The position numbers and the translations under genes were made by a program. From Lama glama (Eukaryota), in contig CM052832.1 in the NCBI GenBank assembly GCA_028534125.1, positions 18,974,001-19,038,000 of the forward strand: DNA of 64,000 nucleotides, given 5' to 3'. Shown in pieces: positions 25,550 through 38,527 of the stretch; within the stretch, counting starts at the first letter, position 1, and each line of letters starts with the position of its first letter. The notes beneath the pieces are model-generated. The model did no database searches, was not told the origin of the DNA, and saw nothing but the letters and a program-made list of their open reading frames with translations.

Positions 25550-25995
25550 TGGCTTGCAGGTTGTCCCTTGTGGCCCCTTTCTGTCCATTCTCCACCTTTC
25601 TCCTGCTCTCTGCCCTGGGGGCTCCCACCCCAAATGTCCAGTAGGGTTTGGCCAGTGGGGAGCCCTAACAGGAGATCAGATAAAGGGGAAGGAGTGGGTG
25701 AGGATATTAATTCCCCAGCTCTGCCCTCAGGTCCCTTTGGGCTGGCTGTACCCCTTCACGGAAGATGAGCTCTCCCCTCCAAGCAGCCCCCTCTACACAG
25801 CTCTCTCTCCTTACAGGTTCTAGCCACCTCTTCCTCTCCCATCCTTTGGTCCTAGGAGTGGTGTTGGCCCCAATTGCCCTCTGGTTCCCCCAAACTCCAC
25901 CCACACCTTTGTAAGTCATATCTTTGTAAAGAAACCTTCTTGGAATTATTCTAACTTGAGGGAGCCATCAATTTCCTGACACTGCCCTGTTGATA
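25550..25995. mobile_element. Old ERVL LTR-like element
   Basis: cattctccacctttctcctgctctctgccctgg...gggtttggccagtggggagccc...acacctttgtaagtcat...ccatcaatttcctgacactg. Confidence 0.5.
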
Positions 25996-26879
25996 CACAT
26001 TAATAATAGCCTATGGATTATTGAAAAATTTTACAAATCTGTTTTTATCCAGTCATTCATTTTTTAAAAATATTTCTTCTTTAGGTGACTCTTTTATTTT
26101 CATTTCTCTTTCAACTTTAGGCAAGATCAGTTGTTGCACACAATCCTGTTCAATTCCTTTTCTCCTAACTGTCCCCCAGCTATGCAAAAATCTCTCCAAA
26201 GGTTGGTCCCTCCCTAACTCATGAAATTGATTGAGACTGTTAACTTCAGGAGGTGGTTTTAGAAGAAATTACGGGCCCAGGAGCTACTCTACTTAAAACT
26301 TTGTCGCTGATTGTTAACCTTCACTATCTCTATGGACATTATTCTGGAGTTCAATTCACATCGGAAACGGGTCTCAGGTCAAACGGCTGTCACTACCATT
26401 CAAGCAAAGCTAGAGAGAGCTAGAGGGAGTATCAGGGCAGCTAAGAACACAAGGGAAAAACTCTGAAGCCACGACTGGGGCTCCTCCTGGCTCTTTGCTC
26501 TTCTCTGCAGCGGTTCTCATATTCTTGTGCCTGGGCTGTGAGTCCAGCTGCATGTTTAAAGGGCCAGTGCCTCCTCAGGGAGGCCTGGAAACCATTAGCT
26601 ATCCCTGCAGCCTGCGGAGTCTAGTGCCTCTTTCCTTCCTTAATCACCCTTTCACAGCCTACACCTCCCCCTACTAACATACATTTTATGCAAAATCGGG
26701 ATACCGGATACAAGCTCCATCCCTTTGCCCCCGCCCTGCCCTGTTTCACTTTGTGGAGGTGAATGCAGAAATCTGATTCCTGCAGCCCAGCTTGCTCAAC
26801 CCACAAAGCCTCCTTTGGTGGCAGGAACCAGACCTGGCCCCATTTCCCCTCTTTCCTTCTCTGCTCACACACAATTCCC

Positions 26880-27400
26880 GTCCCTGGCGGCTTCCGACAG
26901 GAGCCGTGACAACGGGACAGAGCGTTGTCACCCTCCATAATTAGCCCGGCAGGCAAGGCTGCTGTAATATCACAGCGCTGACAGATCTCGCACCTATTAA
27001 ATTATTCACGCCACCGGAGTGTGTAATCGGCTGTCACGTTCAAAATAGGTCACTCACGCTAAGGCTGCTGGAGGTGAAAATTTCCCAGCAATGGCAACAA
27101 ATCCAACCGCTTCGGTTTAAGCAAATCTCCAAAGTCAGAGGCAGCTCCAAGCAATCCCCTATTAAATATCTTCCATTGAGTCGCAGTTATGTTTTCATTA
27201 GCGGCGGCCCGAAGAGGCTGGAACAGCTGTCCGCCGGCAGGCACGAGAGCTGGGGGGTGGAAGGCTTTATTTCAGCTTCTTCTTTCACTGACCCGTCCTC
27301 CGCGGCCTCGAGGGGCTACTTGAAGAAGATAAATCGGAACACCTGCTTTCGCCTGCTCTTTAACCCAAGACAGCAGCCAAGTCAAATGAGGATGTAAGCA
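26880..27400. promoter_or_regulatory. Candidate conserved non-coding element / enhancer
   Basis: Non-repetitive, retains CpGs, and has clustered TAAT and TGACA(G) motifs. Confidence 0.55.
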
Positions 27401-28379
27401 CTGGGCACTGGCAGGTTTTAGAAGAACAAATGCACACAGGCCTCTCTGAGAAGTGCCTCTCAGCCCCGGGTGCCGCGTTCAAAGAGGAATTCAAGTTCAA
27501 CAGCTGTGGGGCGAGTGCCCCTGCGTTGCAGATCCCAATTCACAGCCATTTGGGGCTCTTCAGAGCTCAGAATACACTTGCCCTCTTGTCGGCAAAGATA
27601 TACTATTCAACTCAAGTGCTTGGTGGAATACAAATATTTGACTGGGCTATTGCAGTGTTTGGAGAATGACTGGTGTGTTAATACGTTCTTTTAATGGTTT
27701 TTGAGGATATGAAAGGTGATCTTACAGAAGGAAGAACAATTTTTCCCATATTAGAATACAGAGAAGGGATTGAAGACAGAGCTTCTGAGATTTGAGTTAA
27801 AATGACAGCAAATGTGCTGATGGCTTGCTCTTGACTGTTTCATGGATGTGTGACTGGGGGAGGCTGATAAATCTTGGGGAAGGGGGAAAAGAGAGGGAGT
27901 GGTATTCAGCAATGGGAGTATCTCCTCACCTACCTTCTATTAGGAGGATAAGACCCAAAACCTCTAAAGAGGTCTTTTTCAGCTGAGATGTTATGGATGT
28001 ACAGCCTTGGAGTGTAATGTCAAGAAATGCAAGCGTTTTAATTTGATGAACACAGCACCACATGCAGGGAGGCCACATGAAGATGGAGAGTTTATGGATG
28101 CATTGCCATGATGATTCTATTTTTCGTAACAGTGCTCCCAAAGATGTTAAGCGTTCTCCTTCAAATATTCACGTTCAAGGAGCCTGCCCAGATGTTCCAG
28201 CCCCTCCCCTCTGATCTTTCCTTCAAACTCCCTTAAGTATTTATGATCTGGTTTGCATCACATTCTCAAACTCCAGGTTTTAGGGAACAGCCCATATAGG
28301 TTATATAGCCCAATTCCCCTAAGCTGGAGATAAATATATGAGTAATTCTCACTTATGTATATGCTGCTTTATCATCAAC

Positions 28380-29400
28380 ATTTCAACGGAGAGTTCCTAG
28401 TGCCCACGTTTCTGGGTACTTGGAGTGGGACTTCATGAAGTCATCCACCGTTTATACCTACATTGTCAACTAAACTGTCCTAAACTGGTCTCCTGCTTGT
28501 CCATAATGGCAATACACCACCCATCCCAAGCCTACTTATCCAGTAGCCTTCCTCATGCCAGTAAAGAGCAGCAGCATGCTTCCAGATGCTTGGGTCAAAG
28601 TCTTGGAGTCATGCTTAGAGACTGTTCCCCCCTGAAAAGTATCAGGCCTGGTCAGTTCCCCACCAATTCTCTTCTGGAATATCGCCATTCTCCCCTAACT
28701 TTTTTTTTCGCCTTGCTTTTGCCCTTTATGCCCACATTGGGTCTTTTGTTTGTTTCTTTGTTTATGTATCTTTAATGGAGGTACTGGGGATTGAACCCAG
28801 GACCTCGTTAAGCACAAGCTTCTTGAGCTGTGCTCTCCCCCTCATTGTTTTTTTCAAGACAACAGAATGATCCTTTTGAAAGGCAAATCAGATTATGTCA
28901 CTTTGCTGAACACTCCCCGATGGCTCCCCATCTCCCACAGAGCAAAACCTCAAATCCTTACAATGGCCCGTAAAGCTTTGTAAGAGCTGGACACCCCACT
29001 GACCCCCAGAAACCTCCTGGATCCCATCTTCAACTGCTCTGGCTTTGCTCACTTTGGGCTGCAGTCACACTGGCCTCCTGACTCTTCCCAGAACATTCTC
29101 CTCCTGGTATCCATGACAGACCTGTAGTCCCTTTGAGTCTCCAAGCATTTGTCAGTAAAGCCTTCTTTGACCACCATGCTCTCTTCTTCTCACCCACCCT
29201 TACGTTTTCTCCATAACATTTCTCGCCATCTGACACCTCAGATTTTCACTTCTTTGTCTACTGTCTGGCTCCCTCCACTACAACATAACTTCACAAGGGT
29301 TGAGGCTGTGCTGTATTCACTGTTGATCCTGAGAGCTGAGGAGAACTGAATCTAGCACACAGTAGATCTTCAACAGATAGTCTTTAAATGAATGAAAAAA
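28380..29400. mobile_element. L2 element interrupted by a vic-1 SINE
   Basis: aatgatccttttgaaaggcaaatcagattatgtcact...gcagtcacactggcctcct...tagcacacagtagatcttcaacagatagtctttaaatgaatgaa. Confidence 0.75.
28743..28841 (-). mobile_element. vic-1-type SINE
   Basis: ttaatggaggtactggggattgaacccaggacctcg...tgagctgtgctctccccc. Confidence 0.85.
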
Positions 29401-29789
29401 TACATCTCACATCCCCATATAGTTCATGAGCTCCTGAGGGGGCTGCATCTGTTAATTACGCTACTCCTGTCTAGAGGAGCCTCAGTAAGTGCTAGTCTCA
29501 AAATTTTTATGGAGAGATTCTAAAACTGACTCCCAGCTAGGCAGACATCGGTAGGAAGAATTCCCATACCCAACTCTTACACATTCTGTTACGAAGAACA
29601 CAGTCTTTCTATGATTGCATCAGATATGCTTGGCCAAGGTCAGAATCAGTTTCTGGAAACATTTCTATCTCACATGGAAGTTCAGTTTCCTGCTGTTACA
29701 TTTACATGACTCAAAGAAAAGTTTTGCAGACTTTCAGGAACTGCCTGGTTCTTTCTTATTTTTGGCTGTACCCATCCTCACTCTTTTTC

Positions 29790-30790
29790 TTTTTTTTTAA
29801 TGTGGAAATATATATGTTATGTATGTATGTGTAACTATAATACATATAATGTAAGATTTACCATCTTAATCATTTTTTCTTTTCCATTTTAATTTATTAC
29901 AAGATATTGAATATAGTTCCCTGTGCTGTACAGTAGGACCTTGTCATTGATCTATTTTATACACAGTAGTTTGTATCTGCAAATCCCAAACTTCTAACTT
30001 ATCTCTCTCATCCATCTTAATTATTTTTGTTTGTTTGTTGTTTTCTTAGGGGGTGCAATGAGGTTGGTTGGTTTAATTAATTAATTAATTATTTTAATGG
30101 AGGTACTAGGGATGGAACCCAGGACCTCTTGCCTGCTAAGCATGTGCTCTACCACTGAGCTACACCCTCCCCCCAGTCCTTCGTAAGTGTACAGTTTAGT
30201 GGTGTTAAGTACATTCACATGGTTGTGCAATCAAGTCCCAGAACTCTTCATCTTGTAAAACTGAAAACTGAAGCTATATCCATTAAACAACAGCCCCTCC
30301 CATTTCTCCCTCTGCCCAACCCCTGGCCATCAGCATACCATTTTCTATCTCTATGAATTTGACTACTCTAGCCTCATATACGTGGACTCATACAGTATTC
30401 GTCTTTTTGTGACTGGCTATTTCACCTAGCTTAATGTCCTCAAGGTTGATCCACGTTGTAGCATGAGTCAGAATTTACTTCCTTTTTAAGGCTGAATAAT
30501 TCAATATTCCACTGCATGTACAGACCATATTTTGTTTATCCATTTATCCACTGATGGCACTTGTATTATTTCTACACTTCGAGTATTATGAATAATGCTA
30601 CTGTGAACGTGAATGTACAAATATCTCTTCAAGACCTTGCTTTCAGTTCTTTTGGGTATATGCCCAGAATTGGAATTGCTAGATCATACGTTAATTCTAC
30701 TTCTAATTTTTTGAGGAACCGCAAACAATTTTCCACAGTGGCTGCACCATTTTATATTCTCACTGACAGTGCACAATGGCTCCCGAACTC
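29790..30790 (-). mobile_element. L1MA-like 3' region with a nested younger L1 fragment (~29875-30010) and the SINE
   Basis: aagtgtacagtttagtggtgttaagtacattcacatggttgtgcaa...ttcttttgggtatatgcccagaattggaattgctagatcata. Confidence 0.85.
30020..30174 (-). mobile_element. vic-1-type SINE
   Basis: atggaggtactagggatggaacccaggacctcttgcctgctaagcatgtgctctaccactgagctacaccctcccc. Confidence 0.9.
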
Positions 30791-31749
30791 TTTTTAATAG
30801 AAAGATATTTTTCCCTTCCAGCAAGTTAGAACTGCTCAGAGATGCCTAACCGCCCTAAACATTCCAGCTCCTTCCAATGCTTAGCAACCAGGAGCCGCGC
30901 GGCCCCCACCGAATGCGCAAGGGTGCGTGTGGCCAGCACTTTTCGCTGTCTCCTTCGTGCCTATTTTGAAAAGGCTTCCTTGTCTTCGAATTAACATGCA
31001 GGCCGGGTGGACACCCGCTGGTCTGCCTTACAGACAGAGAGCCATGGGCGAGAGCCAGCACTGTTTGGGGAATCATCAAAGCTTTGCAAATCCCGTGTAA
31101 TCTCCAAAGTAAAGGTGATATATTTCCAATTTGTAGTTTCTTTGGCAGATGCCTGCGAGGCCTGGCACCATCACTCCTTGGTGAATTGGGAGACTTGGAG
31201 TGGTGTGTGTGTGTGTGGAAAAGCCAAGAAGACAGCTTCGAGTCATGCTTGTGCATCAATTGTTTCTTACAAGGGGGTCTAAGGGCCTCAGATCTCAGAG
31301 ACAAAGAACCCAAAGAATCAAATGAGGAGAGTGCCTTGCAGTGATACTGAGGTGTAAGTGGAAGGACCATGGAGACTTCCTGTGTGCTACCTTCTTTCCC
31401 CTAATTCACTGATGGGCTGGGAGAACAGGGTCTTGGTCCTCCTGCGTGTCTCCCCTGCATAATGCTGCCTTCTCTGCCCTCCCCCACTCAGCACATTCTG
31501 TCTTAGTTTTGTTAATTTTTCATCATCCTACCAGTTTGTATTTCAGAGCACTGTAGTATGGGAACATATATTCTCTTCAAAGAATATTTAAGTAACAATC
31601 AGACAGGATAAAACCCCTCTTAAAAGGAGATTTTAAAATGATAAGACCTTCCCAGCAGACATGCAAAGAGGACAAGTTAGTGGGAGAGATAGTTAAGAAA
31701 CTCTCAATGACCTTAAGAGACAAAATGACTGGAACTTGATGACCTAAAC

Positions 31750-32152
31750 CAGGGGTCAGCAGGCTTTTTCTGTAAAGAGCCAGATAGTAACTATTTTAGG
31801 CTTTGGGGGCCACAAGTTTAAAACTGAGGAAATTATGTACTTACATATAACAAGAGAGAAAACAAAATTTCACATATTTTAATGGACAAAATTCAAAATA
31901 TAATAATAATTGAGCACTTTTTCTTTTTCTTTTCTTTTTTTTTTCTTTTGTAATACTAGTCTACTGAGGAGAGGAATGGAATTCTTTTTCTTTGGGATAA
32001 CATCTTGCTTAATTGGAGTTCAAGGTCAATATTCCCTATCATCAAATCGATGGCAAATGTTCACCTGTAAAAACCATTCTTATCTTGCAGGCTGTACAAA
32101 AACAGGCAGTGGGCTGGGTTTGGCCTGCAGACCATGGTTTGCCAGCTTCTGT
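31750..32152. mobile_element. MER58-family hAT-Charlie MITE
   Basis: Ends are caggggtcagcaggctttttctgtaaagagccagatagtaactattttaggctttg and aaaaacaggcagtgggctgggtttggcctgcagaccatggtttgccagcttctg. Confidence 0.8.
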
Positions 32153-32773
32153 GCAGGCCAAGAGGTGAGTAGTGAGCTACTGACCTGTGAGGTGCACTTC
32201 TCTGCACTGCCTGGTAGGTTATAAAGGCACAAACTTCCATCTTTTGGGCGTATCATTCATGTTAGGAAGACACGCAGGGCTTTTTTCTGTCCTCTGCACT
32301 GTAGTCCATGCTGTAAGCGACAAGCTGTGTTGTCTTTTCTCATACAGAAGATGATACTTCTGACCCACCAGCAGTTGTCTTTCCAGGAGTGAGGAGGGTC
32401 GGGGTTGATCTCTTCCTCATCTACCCTGCTACAGCTGGTACCAGTTCCCACCTAACCGACCAGTTATGTGTCCTGGTCCTAACTTTTACTGAGTGGTGAT
32501 CAATAAATACTGTATGATTAATTCACAGCGGGTAGATCCTACTAACTCCTTCTTTGTCCTATGTAGTGTTATTATTAAGCAACTGAACTCATGTTTGTCC
32601 TCCTATAAACGTGTACACGTGAATATATTTACACACAAATAGATACAAACTGATGACCAAAATTTCCTCCAGGTTTTACCATTGAAAATATTTAAAAAGA
32701 AATGGAAATAAAAACGAAGCAAAAATCACTAAAGGGGACGTTGTAGAGGCTTTGTTTAAAATCTTAATGACTG

Positions 32774-33013
32774 TCCGACTCACAGACATAATAAAGAAAC
32801 TTATAGTTATGGGGGGAAAAGGGGTGGGAGGGGATAAATTGGGGGTTTGAGATTTGCAAAGGTTAACCACTATATATAAAAATAGATGAAAAAAAAATTC
32901 TGTATAGCACAGGGAACTATATTCAATATCTTGTAATAACCTTTAATGAAAAAGAATATGAAAACGAAAAAACAAAAACAAAAACAAATAAAGCAAGTAT
33001 AAAATAACTTCAA
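32774..33013 (+). mobile_element. Short L1 insertion with a perfect 16-bp TSD
   Basis: L1 3' UTR gactcacagacata...aagaatatgaaaac. TSD aaaatcttaatgactg at 32758-32773 and 33014-33029. Confidence 0.9.
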
Positions 33014-33741
33014 AAAATCTTAATGACTGCCCTAAAATGCTGTTAACATATATATAATTCAAACTTCAGTGAGTGTTATCTTTAAATTAGAAATGGTTTA
33101 ACAAATATTGAAAGCCCGGCCTTTCTCAGATTACTTTTTAAAAAGTCTGGAAAGCAGCGATGGGGAGGCAGTAATTGTGGTATGTTTACTGCAAGTAAAT
33201 ATTTACCCAGGAAGAAGGCCTGAGTATTGTTAAAGATACGATTCTTCACCTCCAGCGTTCCTGACCAAGGCAAGGGGACTCTCGCCACAAGAAAACTGCC
33301 AAAGCTTTTTAGCATTCAAAGAATTTTCAGAGGGAGACCAGATTGATTAAAGAAAAGAAAAAAAAAAAATAGGAGGGGTAGGAAATCACGTACTTATTCT
33401 GTGCCAAGCAAAGGGGTTATTCTGAGGCCTGCCTTGGTCACGTGGTGGAGATTAGGTAGCAGGCAGGCTTGTTAATTCATGAGCCAGACGCACCTCTCTA
33501 TTCCCAGGAAAGCATCCGAAGTGAGCAGTCTCAATAGCTCTGCTCTCAGCAGCTTGTGTCTTCGTTAAGCACAGACCAAAAGTAGAAGAGGGGAACTGTA
33601 TATAGATTCGGGAGGCTGGGACAGCTGAGAAAATCACAATTAAAAAATAACTGACATTTATATAGTAAGCCCTTAATGGTTTTCCATTATCTCATACATT
33701 ATCTCCTTTAACTTCACAGCAATTCTGGGGGGAGGTGTCGG

Positions 33742-33878
33742 CCACCACCATATTATCTTTATTACATCACCATCACCACTACCATCATCATCTTCAGCAC
33801 ATCACCATCGCCACCGCTACAGCCTCCGCCACCTCCACCTCCACCACCACCACCCCATCATCATCATCATCACCATAG
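33742..33878. repeat. Degenerate (CAC/CAT)n triplet repeat inside a MIR
   Basis: catcaccatcaccactaccatcatcatc...ccacctccaccaccaccaccccatcatcatcatcatcacc. Confidence 0.8.
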
Positions 33879-35735
33879 TTATCATGGGGAAGAAGGAAAG
33901 TGAAACTTCCAAAGAGTTAGGTAACTTGCTTAAAATCAAACCACTAGTAAACTGAATTAGGTCTTTTGAATTCAAATATTTCACTCTTTCTGCTATGCTA
34001 CCTTCCCCCAGTTTGGAAGTCCAAATGGTAAAAATCAAAGATTTACAAACATGGGTGGTTCTAGAATTTTTGTATGCACAGTACTTAGTACAGCAATATG
34101 GCCAGAAAATGGAAGCTCTTTGCAGAGCAAGCATACGACTTTTCACTCAGATTGTAGAGTACAGATCATTCAAAATAGCAACATTTTCTGAAAAAGCTTT
34201 CTATCATGCTTTATGTGAAGACTTTAAATTCTTATTTATTTTTCAGTCTTTAGAGATGCTATGGAGATTAATAGGTGGCTGAGGCATGTTCCACCTTCAA
34301 GACATCCATGGTACCCTCAGCATATAAACCAGAAGTTGAAGGAGAAGAGTTTGTTTTTCCTAATATTTCAGTCATGTGATTTATCTGGAAGCAGTTAAAA
34401 GTGCCTTCCATAAGTCATATATTTGATTCTTCAAATGCCATTCCATCATTTCATTGTGCTGTTATAAATAGAAAGAAAAATGCCACCATAGGACATGTTT
34501 TCATATTTATTCCCTCTCAGAGTCTCCTAAATGCCAAGTTACAGAGAGAAAACAAGTTATCTTCAACTGCTCAGCCAGCTGACTCACTTTGTGATCTGAA
34601 AGTCAAGTTATTTTCTTCCTGTTTTTTGACTCATTATTTCTTACACTGAATAGACAGGTTAGAATGACATAAGGGAAGAGAAGGGACCAGCCAGTGTTCC
34701 CCTGTTGCTGTTTGAGTTGTGTAGTATAAATATTTAAACTTTTAACTCCCAATGATCCAAAGACTAAGAAAGAAAGATTTGCAGTGAAAAGTTGACGCCC
34801 TAACCTCGTCACTTTCCATAAGGCAGCAACTTGTTCTTTCTTCTCTTTATTTAGAAATAATGATTTCCTAGGGTTAAGCCTCCTAATACAGCAGATGATG
34901 AAATACCGTCGAGATCTTTTCTCTGTTTACTAGGTTATCTATTAACGACAATCTTTACAAAACTTGACACAGTGTTTTCTCTCTCCATCAGTTGGGAAAA
35001 TAGACACCTCACTCTGCCAAAAGTTCACATTTCCCTCACTTTTACATTTTAATGTCTAAAATTTTTACTGTGTATCCACCATTGATCTTTAAGTCTCTTC
35101 TGCCTGAAGCATCTGTTAAGCAAGTTGAGGAACGAAAAAGTGTAAGATATGGAAAGTCCACACGTGAAAGAATGCTGATAACATAAATTACCATTAATTT
35201 GCCTTCTGGAGTGAAACTGGCCATTATACCTGCCTTTTGATTGTTATCCCAGCGTATGTCAAAAATCTTACTGTTAAAAATATCTAAAAATGATCGAGTA
35301 AATTGTTCTTTTTTTCTTGAAGGGGAATTCTTGGTGAGTGATAACATACGCTCTGTCTACACGGCACAAAGTGAAGTGGGTTTTCAGCTTAAATGACTTG
35401 GTTTGTCTGTCAACAAGGATTGGACACTTTGGATTCCTGACAAATCCCTGCTTCACTCTGGAGTATACACATGCTATGGAATCATCACCCCCTCTGTCAG
35501 CCAGACAGATCCAAATTTCAGGCTCCCCAGAAACCAGCCCCCAGTCCAGCCTGAACATATTGTCAAGGAATGTTCAGTGTCCCACCAGCACCTGCACTGT
35601 TGTTTCATTTTCTTCTCTCCATTTTTACCTGCTAGGACTAGTCACTATTTTTTTTCCCTTCCTCTCCAACTCTTCTGTGCCCTTCTGGTATTTGATATAG
35701 TTATTTCAGTTTGACTCAACAAATACCTTTTCCTT

Positions 35736-36557
35736 GTAAACCAAAACTGCAATGAGGTATCACCTCACATTGGTCAGAATGGCCATCATGAAAAATTTCA
35801 CTAACAATAAATGCTAGAGAGAGTGTGGAGAAACTGGAATCCTCCTGTGCTGTTGGTGGGAAAGTAATTTGGTGAAGCCACTATGGAAAACAGTATGGAG
35901 GTTCCTCAAAAAACTAAAAATAGAGTTACCATATGATCCAGCAATCTCACTCCTAGGCATATATCTGGAGAAAAGTCTAGTTCAAAATATACATGCACCC
36001 CAACGTTCAGAGCAGCACTATTTACAATAGCCAAGACATGGAAGCAACCTAAATGTCCATTGACAGATGGAATGGATAAAGACGATGTGGTATATATGTA
36101 TACACACACACAATGGAATACTACTCAGCCATAAAAAAGAGTGAAATAATGCCATTTGCAGCAATATGGATGGTCCTAGAGATTATCATAGTAAGTGAAG
36201 TAAGAGAAAGACAAATATCATATGATATCACTTATATGTGGAATCTAAAAAAATGACACAAATGAACTTATTTACAAAACAGAAAGAGACTCACAGACAT
36301 AGAAAACAAACTTACGGTTACCAAAGGAGGGCAGGAAGGGATAAATTAGGAGTTTGGGGTTAGCAGATAGAAACTACTATGTACAGAATAGATAAATAAC
36401 AAGGTTCTACTGTATAGTACAGGGAACTATATTCAATAACTTATAATAACCTATAAAGAGAAAGAATATGAAAAATAATACATATACAACCGAATCATTA
36501 TACTGTACACCAAAACTAACACAACATTGTAAATCAACTATACTTCAATTAAAAAAA
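35736..36557 (+). mobile_element. 5'-truncated L1 (ORF2 C-terminal remnant and full 3' UTR)
   Basis: aatgaggtatcacctcacattggtcagaatggcc...cacaacattgtaaatcaactatacttcaattaaaaaaa. TSD approximately aaata(a)ccttttcctt on both sides. Confidence 0.95.
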
Positions 36558-38527
36558 TAACCTTTTCCTTTTTTTAAGATCTCTCCCAAAAAAGCCAACT
36601 GAATTGCAAACATCTTCACTAAACATCACAGCTGTTTGTCAAACAATCAATAGACAAAGTTTAGCCATCCAAAAATAAGTGAGAAGTTGCATAAGCTGAT
36701 ACTTACAAAGCACAGTAAAACACCTGAGGCAGAGGTAACTGGGTAAATCACATCTCTCTAATAAACGTGTTGACTTCAGTAAGTGAAGTAATTTCTATCA
36801 AAGAGGAAGGGGAAAACTCCCAATTTATTTCACTGCTTTGGTCATAACAACTACACATTTCTTTCTTCTTTATTTTTAACTTTTTCCCCCCATACCTATA
36901 ATAGGTACATATATATTTGTAGTTTTCAACTTAAGTCCTATGGAAGATATACTCAAGGCTATCTCATACCATTCCTAAAAAGACTTTACTGGCTGCTTCT
37001 AGAGATATTAAATAAGCATTTAAAATGCTTTATTTGTAATACTGGACCCCTCTTGGCTTTGGCCTGATCTAAATAGGTCACTCTGAGGTCACTGGGGGCC
37101 GTAAATCAGGGGGGGGTGAACTGGTGGCCAAGACAGCCTGCATAGCTTTAGTGCAATGTGCTATTTTAGTTTGTGCCCCTGACGTGACACCATCTCTTTG
37201 GCACCAGTCAAAGAAAGCTTCCTAGACATCTATGGGAAGGGAATGCTTTGCAGTAATCCAAGGCATGGGTCACACAGGCATGGATTATTGTGGGGAGGTC
37301 TGTGTCTGCTCCAGATCCTGTGACAGATGAAGGAGGGAAAATGACTTCCAACCAAAGCATTTATCCAGGATTTCAGGGATGGAAACTGATCCAAGCAATC
37401 TTGGCAAACTGTGAAAGCAAAGAGTATCCAACTTCTTTCTGCACAGGAGATGAGGGCATCCCCTTCCTGCCCCTTCTCCAATCCCATTATTGGGTCTACT
37501 TGAGACCCCTGGAGAGTGATGTTTTTAAGAAAGTATCAACATAGTCAAATAACAATTATTATATTTATATGATGTAATATGTGGTATAATGAAACAAAAA
37601 GGTCCAACTCTTTCTAGCCAAGGCACATACGCTTTTATGTTCTATTTCTCAACATTTTTTCCATAAAGGGTATGACTTGGCCAGTCTGAACTTTTGGGAT
37701 TTACTGGTTTTCAACATAATTTAATCTCCCTTCCTTCCCTCCTATTTAAAAAAATCTACCTTAGTTTCATCAGCAGTTTGCACAGAAAGACACAAATGGG
37801 CATCTATTCTTACAATTCTTTTTTTGATAAATCTTTTGCAATTTTCTTGCTCTCTCAGAACTGAAGTTCCCTCTGAAAGGGAAAAAAGGCTTACTTACCT
37901 GGCTTGGGGAAAGGAGAGGTTTGGTTCAAAAATGTGTGGCGTTTTTTTCCTAAGCATCATTTAGTCTCTAAGAGTGACAAGCATCTAATGGTTGAGTGGA
38001 CTTCCTTTTGTTGGTACATCTCCATCTGGGAGAGCTCTCCTTTGGGGAGTTTGAAATTACTTTCCTAGAGACGGTAACCTCGGACAGGAGAAGTCACCTT
38101 ATGCTATGTTGCATTTTACCAGAACATTGGACGGTCTAGCAAAAGCTTTGTGGTTTCCTGTAGTTTTTCTAGAAGTAAGAGCTTTCCCTGTAAGTGTCCA
38201 GGGAATATATAAGCCTGAGAAATACTTTACACACATGACTGTGAACTCGTGATGTTTTACTATTCTAATCATTGCACCTGACAACAGATGACTGAGCAGT
38301 GCTGAAAATGAAGGCAGGCGGGGCTTGTGGGTCTAACAAAAGAAGCAATTGCAACTTTAATTTGTGCCAAGGAGTAATTTCGGCTGCCAGCCTCCCAGCT
38401 GACCACCACCTGAGAAACTGTTTCCTCCCACACGTGAGTCCTGTTCTGTTCTTGAAAGCCAGCCAAGGGCCTCCACTCTGATGATTTTTTTTTCTTTTTT
38501 CTATTAGTATTACTATCATCATTATAA

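Noticed and set aside
30855..31370. 171-aa minus-strand ORF
   Set aside because: No recognisable domain or exon structure. It crosses a (TG)n microsatellite.
37892..37910. TACTTACCTGGC, resembling the U1 snRNA 5' end or a perfect minus-strand splice donor
   Set aside because: Similarity stops after about 12 nt, and a single consensus donor is plausible by chance in a window this size.
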